NCBI GenBank assembly: GCA_037137535.1
Contig: JBAXKC010000046.1
Coordinates: forward strand, 1 to 18,152
Direction of reading: 5' to 3'
Length of the DNA: 18,152 bases
DNA from: a bacterium
Lineage (GTDB): Bacteria; Cyanobacteriota; Vampirovibrionia; Gastranaerophilales; JBAXKC01
How positions within the stretch are numbered: the first letter of the stretch is position 1; every line of letters starts with the position of its first letter. Of the stretch, positions 1 through 6,937 are shown piece by piece. The notes beneath the pieces were generated by a model that saw only the letters and a program-made list of their open reading frames with translations, made no database searches and was not told the DNA's origin. A program made the translations under genes and the position numbers.

Positions 1-254
1 CAGCCGCAGATAATTTAGTCACAACAAGAACTAATGAATTAGCCGCAGCGACAACCGCAGATACAGCCGCAGATAATTTAGTCACAACAAGAACTAATGA
101 ATTAGCCGCAGCGACAACTAATGATCAAATTGCTGATGATCTTGTAATAACAAGAACTACTGAGTATACAGATGCTCTAAATGCTGATAATGCTGCGAAT
201 GTTATCGTTACAGAACGAACCGCTGAATTATTGGATGCTACAAATGCTTTGAAT
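1..254 (+). repeat. 63-bp (21-aa) coding tandem repeat with two near-identical and two degenerate copies, continuing beyond the left edge
   Basis: Bases 1-55 are identical to 64-118. Translated units: [21 protein letters not shown] / [21 protein letters not shown] / [21 protein letters not shown] / [21 protein letters not shown]. Confidence 0.9.
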
Positions 255-3200
255 GAAGCTGAAGCAGGAGTAATAGGCAGAATATCAAGAACCGGTAATA
301 TTTTCACATTAAGAAATGCGGAAAATGTTATTACTGAAAAATTAACGGTAAGTTTTGATGCAAATAATAATCAAACATTAGAATATTCTCAAGCAGCAGA
401 TAATTCTTTAATTTATAAAAAAGAATTTACTTATGAGCTTGAAGATGTAACAAATATGAATAAACTTTTAAGTGAAGTTGATACTTTACCGGATGGACAT
501 ATAACTACTCATACCTACACTTATAATGCACAAGGTTTATTAACTTCATCAACTGAACAAACCAATGCTGATGAACATCCAACAGTTTCAACCTATAATT
601 ATCTTAACGGAATGCTTATTTCAAAAGATGTAACCGCTATAAGCAATAATGAAGTAACTTCTCATTATAAGGAATATTTAACGGATGTTTCTCTTGAAAC
701 TCCTGTACTATCTAATGGAATACCTTTACTTCAAGGAACTGATACAAATAATTTAATACAATCTACTGACTCAGCATCTATTTTACGTGGTCTTGCAGGT
801 AATGATATTCTTATCGGCGGTGATGGAGCTGATACCCTTGATGGCGGTATAGGTACTGATACAATGGTAGGCGGTCTTGGTAATGATTCTTATATTGTTG
901 ATACGTCCGAAGATTTTATTACTGAATTATCAAATGAAGGTACAGATACTGTAACTTCAAGTAGTAATTATACTATTGGAGCTAATATTGAAAATCTTAC
1001 ATTATCAGGGGCTTCAAACATTAACGGAAGCGGAAATTCATTAAATAACATAATCACAGGGAACTCAGGCAATAACACTCTTGATGGAGGTGCAGGTGTT
1101 GACACCTTAATTGGTGGCTTAGGAAATGATACTTATATAGTTGATAGCGTTAGCGATATCATTACTGAATCAAGTAATCAGGGTACAGATACCGTAATGG
1201 CTTCACTTTCATATAGTTTAGGAGTTAATTTAGAAAATTTAACCTTCTCGGGAGCCTCTGATATTAACGGAACAGGTAATACCTTAAACAATATAATTAC
1301 AGGAAATACAGGCAATAACACTCTTGATGGCGGAGCTGGTTCAGATACTTTAATTGGCGGACTTGGAAATGATACATATATAGTTGATTGTACAGGTGAT
1401 GTCATTATTGAATCAGCTAATCAGGGAACTGATCTCGTTAGCTCCTCAGTTACCTATTCTTTAGGCAATAATATAGAAAATCTAACCTTGTCTGGTTCTT
1501 CTGTAATTAACGGAACAGGTAATTCTATAGATAATATTATTACAGGAAATGCTGTAAGTAATATTCTTATAGGTGGAGACGGAAATGACACCCTTGATGG
1601 CGGAGCCGGTATTGATACTTTAATCGGTGGTATTGGTAACGACACTTATAAAGTTGATAACGCAGCTGATGTTATTACCGAATCAGCTAATCAAGGAACT
1701 GATCTCGTTATTTCTACAACTTCTTATACATTAGGACTCAATATCGAAAATATAACTTTATCGGGTACTTCTTCTATTAATGCCACAGGTAACGCATTAA
1801 ATAACGTCATTACAGGAAATGACGGAGCTAATATCCTTGATGGCGGTGCAGGTACTGATACAATGGTAGGTGGTCTTGGAAATGATACTTATATAGTTGA
1901 TAATTTAGCTGACGTTGTTACTGAATTAGCGAATGAAGGTGTTGATCTTGTAAGTTCTAATATTTCATATACTATTGGAAACAACATTGAAAATCTTACA
2001 TTATCAGGCTCTTCAAATATTAACGGTACAGGTAACGCATTAAACAACATAATTACAGGAAACGCAGGAAATAATACTCTTGATGGCGGTGCAGGTCTTG
2101 ATACCTTAATTGGTGGTTTAGGAAATGATACTTATTTAGTTGATAACATTAATGATGTTGTTACTGAATCAATCAATCAAGGAACTGACGTAGTTGTTTC
2201 TACAGCTTCATACAGCTTAAGTCAAAATTTAGAAAATCTGACTTTAGTCGGTGATTCTGATCTTAACGGAACAGGTAATACATTAAACAATATAATTATT
2301 GGAAATATTGGAAATAATATTCTTGATGGTGGCACAGGTTCAGACACATTAGTCGGTGGACTTGGTAATGACACTTATATGGTTGATAATACAGGTGATG
2401 TAGTTATTGAATCAGCTAATCAAGGTACTGATCTTGTTAACTCCTCAATTTCATACTCTTTAGGTAATAATATCGAAAATATAACCTTATTAGGCTCTTC
2501 TAACATTAATGCCATAGGTAATACATTAAATAACGTCCTTACAGGAAATGATGGCGCTAATACCCTTGATGGTGGTTTAGGCACTGATACAATGGTAGGT
2601 GGTCTTGGAAATGATACTTATATTGTTGATAATTTAGCTGATGTTGTTATTGAGTTATCGAATGAAGGTGTTGATCTTGTAAGTTCTAATCTTTCATACA
2701 CTATAGGAGATAATATTGAAAACCTTACATTATCAGGCTCTTCAAGTATTAACGGTACAGGTAATTCACTAAGTAACATAATCACAGGGAACTCAGGAAA
2801 TAATACTCTTGATGGCGGTGCAGGTGTTGATACTATGATTGGCGGACTTGGAAATGATACATACTTAGTTGATAATATTAATGATGTTATTAATGAATCA
2901 AGTAATCAAGGAACTGATGTAGTTATTTCTACAGCTTCATACAGCTTAAGTCAAAATTTAGAAAATATAACTTTGTCGGGAGCTTCTGATCTTAACGGAA
3001 CAGGTAATACATTAAACAATATAATTACAGGAAATACAGGCAATAACACTCTTGATGGCGGAGCTGGTTCAGATACTTTAATTGGCGGACTTGGAAATGA
3101 TACATATATAGTTGATTGTACAGGTGATGTCATTATTGAATCAGCTAATCAGGGAACTGATCTCGTTAGCTCCTCAGTTACCTATTCTTTAGGCAATAAT

Positions 3201-5522
3201 ATAGAAAATCTAACCTTGTCTGGTTCTTCTGTAATTAACGGAACAGGTAATTCTATAGATAATATTATTACAGGAAATGCTGTAAGTAATATTCTTATAG
3301 GTGGAGACGGAAATGACACCCTTGATGGCGGAGCCGGTATTGATACTTTAATCGGTGGTATTGGTAACGACACTTATAAAGTTGATAACGCAGCTGATGT
3401 TATTACCGAATCAGCTAATCAAGGAACTGATCTCGTTATTTCTACAACTTCTTATACATTAGGACTCAATATCGAAAATATAACTTTATCGGGTACTTCT
3501 TCTATTAATGCCACAGGTAACGCATTAAATAACGTCATTACAGGAAATGACGGAGCTAATATCCTTGATGGCGGTGCAGGTACTGATACAATGGTAGGTG
3601 GTCTTGGAAATGATACTTATATAGTTGATAATTTAGCTGACGTTGTTACTGAATTAGCGAATGAAGGTGTTGATCTTGTAAGTTCTAATATTTCATATAC
3701 TATTGGAAACAACATTGAAAATCTTACATTATCAGGCTCTTCAAATATTAACGGTACAGGTAACGCATTAAACAACATAATTACAGGAAACGCAGGAAAT
3801 AATACTCTTGATGGCGGTGCAGGTCTTGATACCTTAATTGGTGGTTTAGGAAATGATACTTATTTAGTTGATAACATTAATGATGTTATTACTGAATCAG
3901 CTAATCAAGGCATTGATACTGTTATTTCTACACTTTCCTGCAGTTTAGGTCTTAACTTAGAAAATCTTACATTATCAGGAACTTCAAATATTAACGGTAC
4001 AGGTAATGCCTTAAATAACATCATTACAGGAAACGATGGAGCGAATGTACTTAATGGCGGAGCTGGTACTGATACTTTAATTGGCGGACTTGGAAATGAT
4101 ACTTATCTTTTGGATAGCATTATAGATATCATTACGGAATACGATAATGAAGGAACAGATTCAGTAGTTTCAAGTGTGACATACTCCTTAGCTCAGTATG
4201 TTGAAAACCTCACATTGACGGGTTCATCTAATATTAATGGTACAGGTAATTCATTAAGTAATATAATTACTGGAACTACAGGCAATAATATTCTTAATGG
4301 CGGTGATGGTAATGATACCCTTGATGGTGGTGTCGGTATTGATACTTTAATGGGTGGATTAGGCAACGACACTTATAAAGTAGATAATATCGGTGATATC
4401 GTTATAGAATCAAACAATCAGGGTACGGATACTGTAATATCAACGATTTCCTACTCTTTAGGTCAAAATGTTGAAAATCTAACATTATTAGGTTCAACAA
4501 ATATTAATGCAACAGGAAATGCTTTAGATAATATCATTATCGGTACTTCAGGCAACAATATTCTTATAGGTGCAGATGGAAATGATACTCTTGATGGCGG
4601 TATAGGTGCTGATACTTTAATCGGTGGATTAGGCAATGACACTTATAAAGTAGATAATATAGTTGATATCGTTACAGAATCAAACAATCAGGGGACAGAT
4701 ACCGTAATGTCAACTATTTCCTACTCATTAGGTCAAAACGTTGAAAATCTAACATTATTAGGCTCAACAAATATTAATGCCACAGGTAATGGATTAAATA
4801 ACGTAATCAATGGAAATAGTTTAAATAACATTCTTGATGGCGGAGCTGGTTCTGATACATTAATAGGAGGACTTGGCAATGATACCTATATGGTTGATAA
4901 CACAGGCGATGTTGTTAAAGAATTATTGAATCAGGGTACAGATACTGTAAATTCTACAATTTCATATTCTTTAGGATTGAATGTAGAAAATCTTATTCTA
5001 TCGGGCTCTTCAAGCATTAATGGAACTGGAAACACCTTAAACAATACAATTACAGGTAACTCCGGCGCTAATATCTTAAATGGTGGATTTGGAGATGATA
5101 CCTATATTACAGGAGCTGGAAACGATACAATCATTGATACAGCCGGCAATGATACTTATTTGTTTAATATTGGCGATAAAGTAGATACATTGACAGATTC
5201 AGCAGGAAACGACACTATTAAGCTTGGAGTTAATAAAACCAATGTAGCCTTATTTATTGATAATTCAGGTAATTTATCCATTGACTATGGAACTGCTGCA
5301 GGTATCGATAAAGTTGTTATTACAAATTGGACAACAGCTGCAAATGAAGTGGAAAAAGTGCAACTTAATGACAATACTTATGTTACAAATACGCAGATAA
5401 ATCAGGTTATTCAAGATATGGCTACTTATGCGGCAAATAACTCGATTAGCTGTAATACAGTTGAAGAAGTCAAAAATAATTCTCAGTTAATGACTATAGT
5501 TTCAAGCTCCTGGCATGCATAA
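3..5522 (+). CDS. Giant RTX-repeat (hemolysin-type Ca-binding) secreted/surface protein, 5'-truncated by the window edge; probable T1SS substrate or adhesin
   Basis: The frame of the 231..5522 ORF is open back to base 3 ([21 protein letters not shown]...), so TTG 231 is not the true start. Dozens of GGxGxDxLx nonapeptides lie in 17 modules marked by ENLTL/ENITL. The C-terminal tail (VEKVQLND...[11 protein letters not shown]...SSSWHA) resembles RTX T1SS signals. Stop TAA 5520-5522 is followed by a terminator hairpin. Confidence 0.9.
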   Translation, partial: AADNLVTTRTNELAAATTADTAADNLVTTRTNELAAATTNDQIADDLVITRTTEYTDALNADNAANVIVTERTAELLDATNALNEAEAGVIGRISRTGNIFTLRNAENVITEKLTVSFDANNNQTLEYSQAADNSLIYKKEFTYELEDVTNMNKLLSEVDTLPDGHITTHTYTYNAQGLLTSSTEQTNADEHPTVSTYNYLNGMLISKDVTAISNNEVTSHYKEYLTDVSLETPVLSNGIPLLQGTDTNNLIQSTDSASILRGLAGNDILIGGDGADTLDGGIGTDTMVGGLGNDSYIVDTSEDFITELSNEGTDTVTSSSNYTIGANIENLTLSGASNINGSGNSLNNIITGNSGNNTLDGGAGVDTLIGGLGNDTYIVDSVSDIITESSNQGTDTVMASLSYSLGVNLENLTFSGASDINGTGNTLNNIITGNTGNNTLDGGAGSDTLIGGLGNDTYIVDCTGDVIIESANQGTDLVSSSVTYSLGNNIENLTLSGSSVINGTGNSIDNIITGNAVSNILIGGDGNDTLDGGAGIDTLIGGIGNDTYKVDNAADVITESANQGTDLVISTTSYTLGLNIENITLSGTSSINATGNALNNVITGNDGANILDGGAGTDTMVGGLGNDTYIVDNLADVVTELANEGVDLVSSNISYTIGNNIENLTLSGSSNINGTGNALNNIITGNAGNNTLDGGAGLDTLIGGLGNDTYLVDNINDVVTESINQGTDVVVSTASYSLSQNLENLTLVGDSDLNGTGNTLNNIIIGNIGNNILDGGTGSDTLVGGLGNDTYMVDNTGDVVIESANQGTDLVNSSISYSLGNNIENITLLGSSNINAIGNTLNNVLTGNDGANTLDGGLGTDTMVGGLGNDTYIVDNLADVVIELSNEGVDLVSSNLSYTIGDNIENLTLSGSSSINGTGNSLSNIITGNSGNNTLDGGAGVDTMIGGLGNDTYLVDNINDVINESSNQGTDVVISTASYSLSQNLENITLSGASDLNGTGNTLNNIITGNTGNNTLDGGAGSDTLIGGLGNDTYIVDCTGDVIIESANQGTDLVSSSVTYSLGNNIENLTLSGSSVINGTGNSIDNIITGNAVSNILIGGDGNDTLDGGAGIDTLIGGIGNDTYKVDNAADVITESANQGTDLVISTTSYTLGLNIENITLSGTSSINATGNALNNVITGNDGANILDGGAGTDTMVGGLGNDTYIVDNLADVVTELANEGVDLVSSNISYTIGNNIENLTLSGSSNINGTGNALNNIITGNAGNNTLDGGAGLDTLIGGLGNDTYLVDNINDVITESANQGIDTVISTLSCSLGLNLENLTLSGTSNINGTGNALNNIITGNDGANVLNGGAGTDTLIGGLGNDTYLLDSIIDIITEYDNEGTDSVVSSVTYSLAQYVENLTLTGSSNINGTGNSLSNIITGTTGNNILNGGDGNDTLDGGVGIDTLMGGLGNDTYKVDNIGDIVIESNNQGTDTVISTISYSLGQNVENLTLLGSTNINATGNALDNIIIGTSGNNILIGADGNDTLDGGIGADTLIGGLGNDTYKVDNIVDIVTESNNQGTDTVMSTISYSLGQNVENLTLLGSTNINATGNGLNNVINGNSLNNILDGGAGSDTLIGGLGNDTYMVDNTGDVVKELLNQGTDTVNSTISYSLGLNVENLILSGSSSINGTGNTLNNTITGNSGANILNGGFGDDTYITGAGNDTIIDTAGNDTYLFNIGDKVDTLTDSAGNDTIKLGVNKTNVALFIDNSGNLSIDYGTAAGIDKVVITNWTTAANEVEKVQLNDNTYVTNTQINQVIQDMATYAANNSISCNTVEEVKNNSQLMTIVSSSWHA
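780..5220 (+). repeat. Array of 17 RTX modules (243 bp/81 aa; 270 bp/90 aa when an extra nonapeptide is present)
   Basis: 17 occurrences of (S/T/N)-Y/C-x-L/I-xx-N/Y-x-EN(L/I)-T/I-L/F counted in the translation. DNA periods of 729 bp (1861 vs 2590), 270 bp (4321 vs 4591) and 1728 bp (=6x243+270) are visible. Boundaries are approximate. Confidence 0.9.
1284..3887 (+). repeat. Perfect 876-bp direct repeat: 1284-2159 = 3012-3887 (offset 1728 bp)
   Basis: Line-by-line comparison found no mismatch between flanking mismatches 1283c/3011a and 2160g/3888a. The identical antisense ORFs at 1454..1645 and 3182..3373 confirm the offset. Confidence 0.9.
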
Positions 5523-5531
5523 ATAATAGCT

Positions 5532-5568
5532 TAGAGAGAGTGTGGTTAATTTCACTCTCTCTAGTTTT
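5532..5568 (+). terminator. Intrinsic terminator of the RTX gene
   Basis: TAGAGAGAGTG (5532-5542) pairs with CACTCTCTCTA (5553-5563): 11-bp perfect stem, 10-nt loop, followed by GTTTT, about 10 nt after the stop codon. Confidence 0.75.
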
Positions 5569-5596
5569 AAATTACAGTAAAACTTTATAGATATTA

Positions 5597-5642
5597 AATA
5601 ACCTCTACCGTCAGATATTTTTATCTAAAAGTAGAGGTTATT
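5597..5642 (-). terminator. Long hairpin, probable terminator of the convergent ubiX-kinase transcript
   Basis: AATAACCTCTAC (5597-5608) pairs with GTAGAGGTTATT (5631-5642) as a 12-bp stem, with an inner AGATA/TATCT stem (5613-5617/5622-5626). It lies about 30 nt after the kinase stop. The U-tract is imperfect. Confidence 0.6.
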
Positions 5643-5673
5643 ATATTTTAAACTTGTTTCAAAAAATCAGTAA

Positions 5674-6204
5674 TTATGCAAATCTTTGTCTGATTTCTTT
5701 AACTAGTTCTCTTGCTTTTTGTTTTAACTCTTCATGAGTTCCGTCATTATTAATAACGTAATCCCATTCTGTTATATCATCTAAATCTACTTCGGTTGTA
5801 TCAAATTCACTAACAATTAAGCCTCTTTTAGCTCTCTCTTCACGAGGGGAGTTTACTCTTATTTTGATAGCCTTTCTTTTTGTGAAGGATTCATATTCAT
5901 TTTTAACTCTCATGTCAGAAACTATAAGATTATCTCCTGCTTCAAGAACAAGTTTTATCCAATAGTCAGAATCTATTTTTCGCATTCTGTTTCCGAGTTC
6001 AATTAAATCAACTCTATAAACAGGTTTATTCATCTCAATAATATCAACAGCAAGACCTTTTTCCTCACTGAATTTTTGTTTGATTGCTTTAGCAAGAGGT
6101 GCTTTAACAAATCCTTCTAATTCTGCTGCAAAAATATCAGCAACTGTGTCTTTTCCGCTAAACTGCTTTCCTGAAATTGCAACTATTTTTTTATCTTTTT
6201 TCAT
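5674..6204 (-). CDS. NMP-kinase-fold P-loop kinase resembling animal-type phosphomevalonate kinase (P-mevalo_kinase family); substrate uncertain
   Basis: Motifs SGKQFSGKD, IKQKFSEEKGL, KPVYRVDLIELG, IVSDMR, IRV...ERAKRG and TEVDLDD..EWDYVINNDG parallel human PMVK as recalled (SGKRKSGKD, LKEQYAQEHGL, KEAFRKDMIRWG, LVSDTR, SRQQRG, SECGLDN..DFDWVIENHG). The start is placed at ATG 6204 (SD-like AGGTGGAG upstream, ATGA overlap with the ubiX stop) rather than GTG 6213. Confidence 0.7.
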   Translation of the reverse strand: MKKDKKIVAISGKQFSGKDTVADIFAAELEGFVKAPLAKAIKQKFSEEKGLAVDIIEMNKPVYRVDLIELGNRMRKIDSDYWIKLVLEAGDNLIVSDMRVKNEYESFTKRKAIKIRVNSPREERAKRGLIVSEFDTTEVDLDDITEWDYVINNDGTHEELKQKARELVKEIRQRFA

Positions 6205-6830
6205 GAACTCCACCTTTCATACAGGGTATTATCTATATTGCAGGAATCTAAAATTTTACCTGCTACAAAATTTATATAATCATCTATAGTTTTAATATTT
6301 GCATAAAAACCCGCAATAGGCGGTATGATTTTCACTCCCATCTTTGAAAGTTTTAACATATTTTCAAGATGTATAGAACTCAAAGGAGTTTCTCTCGGAA
6401 CAATAACAAGATTTTTTTGTTCTTTTAATATTACATCAGCAGCTCTACAAATCAAATTTTCTGCAATTCCATTTGAAATTAAAGCAATAGAAGACATGCT
6501 TGCAGGTGCAATAATCATATGATTAACACCATATGAACCACTTGCGCAGGAAGCCCAAACTTCATCATTTAGCCAAACTTTTAAGTTTGGTTCTTTATCT
6601 TCTAGCTTTAAAAAGTCTAAAACTTGTTGTTTTATAAATTCTTTATCATGTGCCAATTCAAGCCCAATTTCATGTTTAGAGATATAATAAGCCTTTTCAG
6701 AAAAAATAAGTTCTACTTTAAGATTATTTTTAAGCAAATATTCTAATGTTTTCAATCCAAATTGAATACCGCTGGCAGCGGTAATAGCTAGAACTACAGG
6801 TTTAGAACCTTGTTGCATAATATAAACCAT
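6201..6830 (-). CDS. ubiX: Flavin prenyltransferase UbiX
   Basis: LAITAASG, ASGS, IIAPASM, RAADVILKE, VPRETPLSSIHLENM, PP..GFY and C-terminal RW motifs. The start could be the second Met at 6818. Confidence 0.93.
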   Translation of the reverse strand: MVYIMQQGSKPVVLAITAASGIQFGLKTLEYLLKNNLKVELIFSEKAYYISKHEIGLELAHDKEFIKQQVLDFLKLEDKEPNLKVWLNDEVWASCASGSYGVNHMIIAPASMSSIALISNGIAENLICRAADVILKEQKNLVIVPRETPLSSIHLENMLKLSKMGVKIIPPIAGFYANIKTIDDYINFVAGKILDSCNIDNTLYERWSS

Positions 6831-6832
6831 AA

Positions 6833-6858
6833 AAACTAATTAGCATTAGTTTATTATA
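6833..6858 (-). promoter_or_regulatory. Putative -10 box (TATAAT, 6858-6853) abutting an 8-bp palindrome upstream of ubiX
   Basis: The minus strand reads TATAAT-AAACTAAT-GCTA-ATTAGTTT-TT-ATG. No good -35 is present, and the AT-rich background weakens the call. Confidence 0.35.
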
Positions 6859-6937
6859 ACTTTATTTATAAATATACGCCATAGTTAAGTTAGGTTATTA
6901 TTAAAATTAAGATAAGGATTTTTACAATGTTGTCAGC

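Noticed and set aside
231-233. TTG start of the RTX ORF given by the ORF track
   Set aside because: The frame is open to base 3, continues the 21-aa repeat, and has no RBS here. The gene starts outside the window.
125-3373. Minus-strand ORFs 125..307, 1178..1405, 1454..1645, 2951..3133, 3182..3373
   Set aside because: Antisense shadows of the RTX gene; their Pro/Ser-rich repeats mirror its Gly/Asn codons.
1284-4800. Diversity-generating retroelement TR/VR pair
   Set aside because: The long repeat has no mismatches, other module pairs differ at mixed bases rather than adenine-specifically, and no reverse transcriptase is present.
780-5220. Dense N-x-S/T sequons as glycosylation signal
   Set aside because: They are intrinsic to the RTX module consensus (GND-T, ENLT, INGT).
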